In this document: positions 1 through 8,323 of the stretch, in pieces
Layout of the letters: each line of letters starts with the position of its first letter
Position numbering within the stretch: position 1 is the stretch's first letter
From: an uncultured Candidatus Saccharibacteria bacterium
GTDB lineage: Bacteria; Patescibacteriota; Saccharimonadia; Saccharimonadales; UBA4665
Reading direction: 5' to 3'
Assembly: GCA_964560755.1 (NCBI GenBank)
Contig: CAZLLY010000004.1
Span: forward strand, 1-36,287
Length of the DNA stretch: 36,287 nucleotides
Translations under genes and position numbers: made by a program
The notes under the pieces: model-generated
The model's input: only the letters and a program-made list of their open reading frames with translations
Database searches by the model: none
What the model was told of the DNA's origin: nothing

Positions 1-511
1 CGGCTTCCGGCAGGATAGCTAGATCTCCATTGAGCTGACAGTTTGAATCAAACGAGCCATCTGGCAAATATGCATACCATGTTTTGAGCCCAAACGATGT
101 TGTTTTCGTACACGGCTTGACGGACGATGCGTTACCCTGGATAGCCGTAGGGGACAAAAACTGCAAGAAAGCACCCAGCAGCAAGAACGTCGCCAGGCCT
201 ATTATAGCCCTCGTTATAGTAACTTTTGCCTTGGTCACCTTTTGCGGGTCGCCCTCGGAGCTCGCATACAATATACCGCCGTAAGTAATGCCCGCAACAA
301 CCGCAACTCCTGCAACAGAGGCCAGCAACACAATCGCTGGGTTGATATAGGTGTTAAATAGACACTTTTGTGCCGCATCAGCATTTACTTTATCGCCAGG
401 CTTATAACCACACCCTGCGGCATACGCAGGAGGGGCGGCCGCAACCGAAATAGCACCGAATACGAGCACCCCAGCGAGGATAAGACCGATACGCTTAAAC
501 ATTCTTTTCAT
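1..511 (-). CDS. Putative T4SS pilin-like (VirB2/TrbC-type) secreted membrane protein; 3' end runs off the left edge
   Basis: This ORF is absent from the supplied track because it is open at the window edge. Reverse-strand translation from the ATG at 509-511 gives MKRMFKRIGLILAGVLVFGAISVAAAPPAYA/AGCGYKPGDKVNADAAQKCLF..., a signal peptide with an AYA cleavage site. Two hydrophobic helices follow (INPAIVLLASVAGVAVVAGITYGGILY and ITRAIIGLATFLLLGAFLQFL), separated by a short charged loop (SSEGDPQKVTKAK). That is the layout of VirB2/TrbC-type pilins. I translated 170 codons with no in-frame stop down to position 2. The gene is divergently paired with the VirB6-like gene. Confidence 0.4.
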   Translation of the reverse strand, partial: MKRMFKRIGLILAGVLVFGAISVAAAPPAYAAGCGYKPGDKVNADAAQKCLFNTYINPAIVLLASVAGVAVVAGITYGGILYASSEGDPQKVTKAKVTITRAIIGLATFLLLGAFLQFLSPTAIQGNASSVKPCTKTTSFGLKTWYAYLPDGSFDSNCQLNGDLAILPEA

Positions 512-646
512 ATTTATACTATAACTATACTGCACGTGACTAGCTTTGCACAACCAGTTTGACCGAATGGCTATTGCCTCTAGTATTTCATCGGCAAATA
601 CTGTTTAATGATTGATAGATATTAACCTTAAGCTTTCTCTGTTTAT

Positions 647-3600
647 ATGAAAAAATCGATTCGTTTATGGGGGACCCGACTGCTTCTGCTCGTCATAGGC
701 CTTGTTGGTGTTATTAATGTTTTCCCGCCTTTGCAGCCCCACGCTTATGCCTACGACTGGCAGGGGTTAGATGCAAAAACAACCGGCTATAGTTACTACG
801 CTTCGATGAAGTACTGTGTGGAGGCATTATCCAGCTCGAGGACTACTCCGTATACAGTTAAGTTTGGGCCATCAATAAATCTTGGATCTCATTACAATAC
901 TACTAACGCTGTTGCGGTTTTGGGCTTTACCGCAAGTGACGGCGACAACGAAGATGGAATCATCGACTGTCAAAAAACTTCGGGCGACTTTACGGCAAAA
1001 AGTTTTGGCTACGAGAGTGACCATGACAAGTTTTTATCAGACCTGGGTTATGTAAAGGATGTCGCAAATAAGCAGTGGGTCTTTACCGATGGCGACACAT
1101 CAGCCAACGCCGTCAAAAGCCCTCCGAGTGCAAATAGCTCGTCGTCAAAATTACTTGCCAGGTTAAAAACTGTTGCAACTGCAAAAAATATCGCGACTGT
1201 AGTCACCCCCGAGATAAACTATCAGCTTGCTCGTAGCGCATTAAAGGGCAAGGGAGGCTCATGCCAGGCGAACATTACACTATTTTCTGAGCTCGGCGCA
1301 ACGCAGAGTCAATATGGCACCGGCAATGGCAAGCTCCGCACTGCGTCTATGTTTTGGCCTGATGGAGCCAGCGGGCCACAAAAAGTCGGCATCGAGCTCG
1401 GCGATGCTAAATGGCCATACGGCCTGGCCGCTTACCCCAACAACCCAGGAGCCTCAAATGAGTGGAGGACTACGAACTGCTATACCGTCTCGGATGACAT
1501 TTCCGAGTGGACGAGCCAGATCGCCAACACTGTTAGCGAGGCAAACGCCGCCCAGACCGCTGCGTCAAACACCGCCGCCATCAAAGCTGCGGCTGCCGTC
1601 TATGCGACCGACCTATGTAAGGGCAAAAGCGCTACACCGACATATAGTACTTCTGGGCAGTCTGGCGATTCACCGGCCACCCAATGTGCAAGTGCCATCA
1701 TTTCATGTATGGAAAACCAGTCAAACACCGGTGGTAGCATAACATCACAGATGACCATACCCGTCGAGCAGATGAGTCTACCTATGCTCGCAAAGTGTAT
1801 CGCAGAGTCAGGCAAAGCAAGAACGAAAGACACGGCCAAGATCCTTAAGGCCCTACAAGAACTGAAGGGTAAAGCAGACGAGGAGGCCGCCAAAGCGCGC
1901 GCGAATGCCGCGGCAGGAGCCTGCGACACCACCGCCGACCCAAACTGCAAAAGTACCGATGAGAACGTCGACCCCTGCCCGATGCCACAGGACACTGTTA
2001 TGCGCTGGTTGGCATGCTCACTAATCACTGCCGGAAGTGGGTTGGTTAATGGTTTCTACAATGCAATACAAGGCTTTCTATATACCCCGGTTGACCAAAT
2101 ATTTGACTCTACATTCCAAAAAGTATTCAACCGCTTTAGCGTGTTTGGCATGGCCATCATCGTCATAGCGGGGCTTGTCATGGTCATTGCGCAAGCAACG
2201 GGGAGCGACCTAGTAGATGCCTACACGGTCAAAAAGGTAATGCCACGGCTTGGTTTTGCCATCGTCGGCATAGCACTAGCCTGGCCGGTACTAAAACTCC
2301 TGATGACTTTGACCAACGACCTTGGTTTAACCGCTGGCGCCTTTATATCAGGTCTAGGTAGTGGCGAGGGTGGGCTGACTGGTAGTGGGGAAAACTCTTT
2401 TGGTATAGTTTGGGCCATTGGGCTCCCCGCATTAGCACTCGGTAAACTCGCGGTTAGTCTTGGTGCCTGGGGGTTGCTTTCACTGGTTGGTACTGGGCTG
2501 CTAGCATTGCTCCTTGGTCTATTCGTACTCGCCATCCGTCAACTCGTGCTCATCGTGTTAGTATTGATGGCCCCGCTCGCAATCGCAGCATCTGTTTTGC
2601 CTGGCACAGATAAACTATGGAAGTTTTGGCGTACAACCCTTATAACAACTCTCGCAATGTTCCCACTCATTATGCTATTCCTAAAATCTGGCGAATTTTT
2701 TGCCCGCATCGCCGGCAATATTGCACCTGAAACAGGTTTAAGTGGCGATGCATGGGCGATACTCGCGGTTATCGCATTCTTTGCACCGTATTTCATGCTA
2801 CCGTTTGCATTCAAAATGACAGGGGGGCTGGTAAGCAACATATTTGGCATGGTCAATGACCGCAGCAAAGGCCTATTTGACCGAATGAAAAACAACCGTG
2901 CCGAAACCAGAAAAGACCGCAAAAACAGAGCCGGACAGGGCCACCTATGGGACCCAAATAGTGGGTTCCAGAAGGCAATGAAGGGTAACACTTTAGCAAG
3001 TTGGGTAACCGATCCTAAGGGTTCATTCGCTTATTCCAACAAAGACAGGAGATCAGTAAACTGGATCCCCGGGCTCAAACGCGCTGGATACAGCGTAGCT
3101 TCAAAAATAGATGCAGGCCGCAATGAACATACGAATAAGCTCGTAGAAGAGCTTACAAAGATGGGCTACAATGATCGTGCTTTCCGCCTCCTCAGCGGCG
3201 CACACCACGGCCTAGAGGAAAGCACCCAGGGAAAGCTACGTGATGCCGGACTTTTAGGTAAGCGTATCGAGACTGTACAGGACTTACAAAAAGCAGCCGC
3301 TATATTGGCGAGTAGTACTGGAAAAGACGGCGCGATGACAAGTGGAGCAATAGGTGAGCGTACGGCTTCAAACGCCATCTTGCAAAGCCTAGGGCGGATT
3401 AGCACGCTATATCAGGACTCAGAAATGGGCAGGGCAAGCATCACAGGAGCAGGCATGATTGGTTTGGCATCGCAAGGTTATGGCGAGGCGGATGATATCG
3501 CCGCTTCTTCGGCCCTGCTAAGCCAAGACTCAGATCTAGATGACTCATCCATACACAGCATGGTGGTACAGGCCCAAAATGTCGGGGTGCGTGGACACCC

Positions 3601-4033
3601 GGAACTAAAATCTGGTTATGGTGTCGTTTATGACCCAGAAAAGAGGAACTTCGACGAACATGGTGTCGAGCTAGCTAGGGGTGGGTACATAAACGGGCTC
3701 ACGGGGCCCGGAGGCAAGAACCGCGCCAAGGAACTCGCGCTACGGTTGTCAACTCAAGATTTCAGTGTCGCAAAGCCTGAGTCATTCGACCGGATAGTGG
3801 CTGGCATTAGTGCCAACCTAGAATCTGGAGAAGCAACCACAGTAGAAGTCCAAAAACAGCAGCTTTTCAATCTGGGCGGATTCTACTCTACCGCTAGCCC
3901 TGCGTTTAAAGAGAAAGTTATTAAGTTCATTGAAGCTAATGGACTCACAGACGAATTCAGGCGACAGAGTCAGCAAGCCCCTGAAACAACCGGCGGAGGT
4001 CAACCTCCAGCCGAGCCTGCGAAGACACCATAA
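647..4033 (+). CDS. Large polytopic membrane protein, VirB6/TrbL-like T4SS channel component (signal peptide + Cys-rich ectodomain + >=6 TM core + ~370-aa C-terminal domain)
   Basis: This is a 1128-aa ORF. It starts with a signal peptide (MKKSIRLWGTRLLLLVIGLVGVINVFPPLQPHAYA/YD), followed by an approximately 440-aa Cys-containing N-terminal domain. A dense hydrophobic core lies at about nt 1990-2840 (e.g. FSVFGMAIIVIAGLVMVIAQA, LLALLLGLFVLAIRQLVLIVLVLMAPLAIAASVL, AWAILAVIAFFAPYFMLPFAF), followed by a long soluble tail. The VirB6 assignment rests on architecture and on the adjacent pilin-like gene, not on a diagnostic motif. Confidence 0.45.
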   Translation: MKKSIRLWGTRLLLLVIGLVGVINVFPPLQPHAYAYDWQGLDAKTTGYSYYASMKYCVEALSSSRTTPYTVKFGPSINLGSHYNTTNAVAVLGFTASDGDNEDGIIDCQKTSGDFTAKSFGYESDHDKFLSDLGYVKDVANKQWVFTDGDTSANAVKSPPSANSSSSKLLARLKTVATAKNIATVVTPEINYQLARSALKGKGGSCQANITLFSELGATQSQYGTGNGKLRTASMFWPDGASGPQKVGIELGDAKWPYGLAAYPNNPGASNEWRTTNCYTVSDDISEWTSQIANTVSEANAAQTAASNTAAIKAAAAVYATDLCKGKSATPTYSTSGQSGDSPATQCASAIISCMENQSNTGGSITSQMTIPVEQMSLPMLAKCIAESGKARTKDTAKILKALQELKGKADEEAAKARANAAAGACDTTADPNCKSTDENVDPCPMPQDTVMRWLACSLITAGSGLVNGFYNAIQGFLYTPVDQIFDSTFQKVFNRFSVFGMAIIVIAGLVMVIAQATGSDLVDAYTVKKVMPRLGFAIVGIALAWPVLKLLMTLTNDLGLTAGAFISGLGSGEGGLTGSGENSFGIVWAIGLPALALGKLAVSLGAWGLLSLVGTGLLALLLGLFVLAIRQLVLIVLVLMAPLAIAASVLPGTDKLWKFWRTTLITTLAMFPLIMLFLKSGEFFARIAGNIAPETGLSGDAWAILAVIAFFAPYFMLPFAFKMTGGLVSNIFGMVNDRSKGLFDRMKNNRAETRKDRKNRAGQGHLWDPNSGFQKAMKGNTLASWVTDPKGSFAYSNKDRRSVNWIPGLKRAGYSVASKIDAGRNEHTNKLVEELTKMGYNDRAFRLLSGAHHGLEESTQGKLRDAGLLGKRIETVQDLQKAAAILASSTGKDGAMTSGAIGERTASNAILQSLGRISTLYQDSEMGRASITGAGMIGLASQGYGEADDIAASSALLSQDSDLDDSSIHSMVVQAQNVGVRGHPELKSGYGVVYDPEKRNFDEHGVELARGGYINGLTGPGGKNRAKELALRLSTQDFSVAKPESFDRIVAGISANLESGEATTVEVQKQQLFNLGGFYSTASPAFKEKVIKFIEANGLTDEFRRQSQQAPETTGGGQPPAEPAKTP

Positions 4034-4053
4034 CATACATGTTAAAAACCTCC

Positions 4054-5085
4054 CTAGACAGCTGAGCCAGTGGTCGGCAAAGCACCAGCCTGAGACTGAG
4101 TAGGCTCTGGATAAGTAAACGGGGTACCCGTAAGCGTTTCGTATAGTGTGTTGAGCTGTTGCTCGTATACAGTAAATGTTGCTAGGTATCCAGCACCGTC
4201 AGCGTCGTCACCAGGCTTTCCTCTGTTACTGGCGTTTAGCAACATATCAAATGGGTCTTGTGTTTTGACCGCTTTGCCACCAACACCTAATACGGTACTG
4301 AACCCGTCGGCAGACGCAACCTGTATATCCCTTTGATCTTCAATGTAGTGCACTCTATTGTAACTCACGCTGACAAGTTCACCATTTGCGTCTATCCCAA
4401 ATCCATTGTCAAACAAATAATTCCTATTCACCCGTGGGTTGGATGTATTTTCGGCATGCGTAGCTAATTTTTGCGCAATAAATACATCCACGTTCTTGCC
4501 CTTGCGATCTTCCCACTGGCGCTGCGCAACACCATAGCTGTCAACTACAACAGGCTCTTCGAGCTGATATCGAAACTTTGTTTCTTTTGTAAGGTTAGTG
4601 CTAGGTTGAGTGCGAACAGGGGTTATACCTTTATCCCTAAGACCCTTCGCTACTGCTTGAGCATGTTGACGTACTGCACTTACTGTCGCACTTCGCCTCT
4701 CCGCACGCTCCGCATCCAACGATTGGCCTTCACGACGACTTAACCTCTCTCTGAGCTGCTTTTTAGTGTCACTCTCTGCATTTCGGCGTTGTTGTTCTGC
4801 ATCTAGTTGATTTTCCCACTGCTCACGCGCTCTTTGCTGAGGTGCATCGAGAGAAGCCTGTCGTGCTGCGGCATCTTGTTGGAGCTGGGCAGTTAGTTCT
4901 GCCGCCATAGCCGCACGGGCTGTGGTGGCGGCGATCTGCGCCAAAAGCTCCTGCTGCTGCCGTACAGTTTCATCCTCGGCAGGGCGGGGGATAGCGCCAC
5001 TACCGCGTAGCAGTTGCCTCATCCGTCGAGCAGGGCGAACATTGGGCTGTCTAGGGTATTCTGATGATCTTGGTGACTTTGTCAT
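4054..5085 (-). CDS. Hypothetical protein with a Q/A/R/E-rich coiled-coil N-terminal half and a globular C-terminal half
   Basis: This is a 343-aa ORF with no signal peptide or TM segment. The N-terminal region QQQELLAQIAATTARAAMAAELTAQLQQDAAARQ...ERAERRS looks coiled-coil. I recognise no catalytic motif. It converges on the VirB6-like gene with only a 20-nt gap. Confidence 0.6.
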   Translation of the reverse strand: MTKSPRSSEYPRQPNVRPARRMRQLLRGSGAIPRPAEDETVRQQQELLAQIAATTARAAMAAELTAQLQQDAAARQASLDAPQQRAREQWENQLDAEQQRRNAESDTKKQLRERLSRREGQSLDAERAERRSATVSAVRQHAQAVAKGLRDKGITPVRTQPSTNLTKETKFRYQLEEPVVVDSYGVAQRQWEDRKGKNVDVFIAQKLATHAENTSNPRVNRNYLFDNGFGIDANGELVSVSYNRVHYIEDQRDIQVASADGFSTVLGVGGKAVKTQDPFDMLLNASNRGKPGDDADGAGYLATFTVYEQQLNTLYETLTGTPFTYPEPTQSQAGALPTTGSAV

Positions 5086-5246
5086 AATAGTTTCTTATGT
5101 GAAGATTCACTTACGCAATAAGTACATTATACACCATGCTTGTGTTTTTTGCAAGGGGGTTGTGGTTATTGTGGTATATTTCAACACGTTTTGTCAGTCT
5201 GCTTTACAGAAGGGTAACGACCCTTGAACTAGTGTGTGTAAGGTGG

Positions 5247-8069
5247 CTATTTTGAGGAGAGGTGAGTGCGGAGGGTCTCGGGAGAGTGGGCGGCCATAAG
5301 GTGGGCGCGGGTGTGGTGACGCGTGCGGATTTGGAACTCGCGCACCGCAACAAAGATTGCCGCGGCGAGCAACGCCCATAGCCAGTCGGAAAAGCCGATC
5401 GGAGCGGCGTGGAAGTACGTGTTTATTGGGCTGTAGATGATGGCGACCACACAGGTCATCGACAGCGCCATGGCGCCCCACAGCTGCTTGTTATGGAACT
5501 GAAAACGAGTAAACAGACCGTGTTCGCTGCGACGCTGCAATATGTTGCACAGCTGCGCCAAAACGACCGTTAGGTACGTCAGCGACATGGCACTCATGTG
5601 CAGCACACTCTCTGGCGCTACGCCGCTTGCAGATAGGCCGTGACGCCAGTAGTACAGCAGGTAATTGCCGAACGCCAAACCACCCATAAGCGTGCCCGCA
5701 AACAGTATATCTGCGACGCTGTGGGGGTTAATGATATGCCTGCGCGTGTCGCGTGGTGGCTCGTGCATGAGTTGACCCTCGGCCTTATCATTGCCAAGTG
5801 CGGCAATAGGGAACAGCTCGGCGATAAGGTCGACCGCCAAAATCTGCATCACCGACATAGCAAGTGGCACATGAAACACTGCCACGGCGGCCAGACTCGA
5901 GAGGTTGATGGACAGCTCGGCAAAGTTGCTCGTTAGGCAGCTAAGGGTGCCTTTTTGGATGTTACGGAATATGGTACGACCCTCTTGGACCGCGCCAACA
6001 AGGGTGTGGAAGCTGTCGTCGAGCAGCACGATGTCGCTCGACTGTTTAGCGACGTCCGTACCCGTAACACCCATGGCCACGCCAATATTGGCACGTTTGA
6101 GTGCCGGTGCGTCGTTGATACCATCGCCCGTCACGGCCACAACCAGCCCACTCTGCTCGGCGAGCTCGACGATGCGCATTTTATCCTCGGGCGCAACACG
6201 GCTAAATATCGTACCACCGCGGCGGATATGCGCCAAAATCTGCTGGTCGCTGAGGCCAACAAGCTCTTCTCCGGCCACGACGACCAGGTCTGATGGCTTT
6301 TCGGCTAGTTTGGCGCGTACCGCTATCGCTCGTGCAGTAACCGCGAAATCGCCCGTTACAATAGACACTTTCATGTTCGCCGCACGGGCAGCCACCATCG
6401 CCTCGGGCACTTCGTCTCGCAGCGGGTCGACCATGCTTACCATGCCGAGGAACGTCAGGTCGCACTCGGCCGCCTCGAGATGTTGGTGTTTGGCGTCAAA
6501 ACCTGCCGGTAGTACGCGGTAGGCAAAGGCGAGGTTGCGCTGCGCCATGGCGGCGTGCTCTTCGTTGTAGTCTAGGAAAAACTGTCGATCACGGTCGCTC
6601 AAGGTGCGGACATGCTCGTGGTCCCATAGGTCGGTTGACTGTTCTAGTACGGTTTCTGGGGCGCCTTTGACAAAAAGATATAGTTTGCCGTCTACCTCGC
6701 GAACAGAGCTCATGCGCTTCCTGGCGCTGTCAAACGCATACTCTTTTTGTTCGGGGAATTGGTCGGCTAATTTTAATGGGTCGAGCCCCGCTTTGCGCGC
6801 AAGCGTGATGAGCGCGCCCTCGGTCGGGTCGCCAACCACGTGCCATTCGCCGTGTTCAGCATCTGGTGGGTTTACAAGTGCATTACTAGCAAGCGCACCC
6901 GTCTGGAAAAACAAATGTAGCCCCTGTAACTTCGCCCCAGACAGTGGTTTTTTGTTTGCATCGACGACTACGCCGTTGGTTTGGTACCCCGTACCCGTCA
7001 CCATGTACTCCGTTTTGCCGATCAATACTTGTTCGACGGTCATTTGGTTTTTTGTAAGTGTGCCGGTTTTGTCAGTCAGGATGATGTTGGTAGCGCCCAA
7101 TGTTTCGACTGCGCTTAGTTTTTTGACCAAGGCTCGGGAGCGGGCTAGTTTGGCGGCAGCGTTGGCAAGTGCTGTGTTTATTTCGGCGGGTAAACCTTGG
7201 GGTATGAGCGAGCTCGCGATGCCGATCGCAAAAAGGAGGGCATCTTTGACCGAGAGGTCGGCCATGATGGCAACGGGCAACAATATAGTACAAAGGACAA
7301 TCGTACCCTGCGTGACACGAGTCGCGATGTTATTCATTTCGCGCTGCAATGGGCTGAGCTGCTCGGGTGCGGCCTGGCTCAGGCTCGCTATGCGCCCAAT
7401 CTCGGTGTGTGCCCCTGTACCAACAACAACCCCCAGGCCACTGCCAGTCGCGACCGTCGTACCCATATAGACGAGGTTTTGCCGACCCGACATCGGTATA
7501 TCTGACGGTATGGCGTGTTTAAATTTGCGCGTTGGGTTACTTTCGCCGGTTAAGGCAAAGTCATTGGTGCTTAGTTCTTCCTCGGTGAGCACGCGTAGAT
7601 CGGCCGGGACGTTATCACCCGCCTCGATATGGACGACGTCGCCCAGTACGAGCTCGGTCGAGTCAACCTCGATAGCACTACCGTCGCGGTACACTCGAGC
7701 GCGCGCCACGACGAGCTTTTCGAGCGCCTGCAGCGTTCGCTCGGCCTTGTATTCCTGCATATACCCAATGGTCGTATTAAATAGCACCAGCAACACGAGT
7801 ACCGCGGCCGTACGTACGTCTCCCAGATAGGCCGAGAGGACACTACTGACGAGCAATAACACGATCATCAGGTCTTTAAACTGTCGGAAATACGTAACGA
7901 GCGATGATTCTTTTTTCTGGGCTTCTAACACGTTTCTACCCTGAACGGCTAGGCGCTCTTGGGCAACTAATGTACTCAAGCCCCCTCGTTTACTATGTAG
8001 CTGCGCCAACGTTTCATCAGGACTCAACCTGTAAAACGCCAGCTGTTTGTCGGTTCCCATTTTGCTCAT
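5247..8069 (-). CDS. Cation-transporting P-type ATPase (P2-type, Ca2+/Mg2+ family)
   Basis: This 940-aa ORF carries the actuator motif LTGESNP (TGES), the phosphorylation site DKTGTLT, the hinge GDGINDAPAL, and the TM4 motif IPQGLPA. It also has an N-terminal cation-ATPase-N-like segment and multiple C-terminal TM helices. Confidence 0.95.
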   Translation of the reverse strand: MSKMGTDKQLAFYRLSPDETLAQLHSKRGGLSTLVAQERLAVQGRNVLEAQKKESSLVTYFRQFKDLMIVLLLVSSVLSAYLGDVRTAAVLVLLVLFNTTIGYMQEYKAERTLQALEKLVVARARVYRDGSAIEVDSTELVLGDVVHIEAGDNVPADLRVLTEEELSTNDFALTGESNPTRKFKHAIPSDIPMSGRQNLVYMGTTVATGSGLGVVVGTGAHTEIGRIASLSQAAPEQLSPLQREMNNIATRVTQGTIVLCTILLPVAIMADLSVKDALLFAIGIASSLIPQGLPAEINTALANAAAKLARSRALVKKLSAVETLGATNIILTDKTGTLTKNQMTVEQVLIGKTEYMVTGTGYQTNGVVVDANKKPLSGAKLQGLHLFFQTGALASNALVNPPDAEHGEWHVVGDPTEGALITLARKAGLDPLKLADQFPEQKEYAFDSARKRMSSVREVDGKLYLFVKGAPETVLEQSTDLWDHEHVRTLSDRDRQFFLDYNEEHAAMAQRNLAFAYRVLPAGFDAKHQHLEAAECDLTFLGMVSMVDPLRDEVPEAMVAARAANMKVSIVTGDFAVTARAIAVRAKLAEKPSDLVVVAGEELVGLSDQQILAHIRRGGTIFSRVAPEDKMRIVELAEQSGLVVAVTGDGINDAPALKRANIGVAMGVTGTDVAKQSSDIVLLDDSFHTLVGAVQEGRTIFRNIQKGTLSCLTSNFAELSINLSSLAAVAVFHVPLAMSVMQILAVDLIAELFPIAALGNDKAEGQLMHEPPRDTRRHIINPHSVADILFAGTLMGGLAFGNYLLYYWRHGLSASGVAPESVLHMSAMSLTYLTVVLAQLCNILQRRSEHGLFTRFQFHNKQLWGAMALSMTCVVAIIYSPINTYFHAAPIGFSDWLWALLAAAIFVAVREFQIRTRHHTRAHLMAAHSPETLRTHLSSK

Positions 8070-8075
8070 GGTTAT

Positions 8076-8081
8076 AGTATA
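8076..8081 (-). promoter_or_regulatory. Candidate -10 box (TATACT on the minus strand) 6 nt upstream of the ATPase ATG; possible leaderless transcript
   Basis: The minus strand reads ...CCCCTATACTATAACCATG, and there is no Shine-Dalgarno sequence between the box and the ATG. Confidence 0.3.
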
Positions 8082-8172
8082 GGGGACGGATGGCTAGTTT
8101 TATAGAGGCATAATCGACCCAACGGCAGCATTTGACCGCGGAGCGCCGAATAATCCTAACCCAGATCTCAAA

Positions 8173-8283
8173 ACCCCTAAACTTCGTCACCCCCCGTGTA
8201 CGCGGGGGTCCAGTGATTACTAAAGTAGCTACAAGCTACTTTAAAACTATGACTGGATTCCCATTTTCATGGGAATGACGGGT
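8173..8283 (+). repeat. Copy A of an approximately 110-bp multi-hairpin repeat (inverted partner at 12631-12740)
   Basis: Copy A contains three hairpin modules. The first is CGTCA-CCCCCC-gtgtacgc-GGGGG-TCCAG. The second is AAGTAGC-tacaa-GCTACTT. The third is CTGG-ATTCCC-attttcat-GGGAAT-GACGG. The two terminal modules are imperfect inverted images of each other, giving a TIR-like layout. It lies in the intergenic space upstream of polA. Confidence 0.8.
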
Positions 8284-8310
8284 ATTGAGACTTGAGTATC
8301 CTATATAGCG

Positions 8311-8316
8311 TATAAT
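8311..8316 (+). promoter_or_regulatory. Candidate -10 box TATAAT 7 nt upstream of the polA ATG; possible leaderless transcript
   Basis: The sequence ...tatagcgTATAATaacagatATG has no Shine-Dalgarno sequence in the 7-nt gap. Confidence 0.3.
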
Positions 8317-8323
8317 AACAGAT

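Noticed and set aside
84-562. Track ORFs 84-284 (+) and 368-562 (+) at the left edge
   Set aside because: Both are antisense to, or overlap, the much more convincing minus-strand ORF at 1-511, which has a signal peptide and two TM helices. They have odd composition and no RBS.
610-627. Possible extra partial copies of the 46-bp motif (gattgatagatattaacc at 610-627; aagtaaaatctacagatac at about 31450-31470)
   Set aside because: Only about 12-13 nt resemble sub-blocks of the motif. That is too short and AT-rich to distinguish from chance or generic promoter-like sequence.
5205-5230. Hairpin AAGGGT-aacg-ACCCTT just downstream of the ATPase stop as a terminator
   Set aside because: The stem is only 6 bp and no U-tract follows it on the minus strand. 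That is insufficient to call an intrinsic terminator.
5640-7830. Multiple long plus-strand ORFs inside the P-type ATPase gene (e.g. 6604-7470, 288 aa; 5905-6522, 205 aa)
   Set aside because: They are shadow ORFs antisense to a gene with unambiguous P-type ATPase motifs. Their Ser/Arg/Ala/Pro-rich low-complexity translations are typical of antisense frames.
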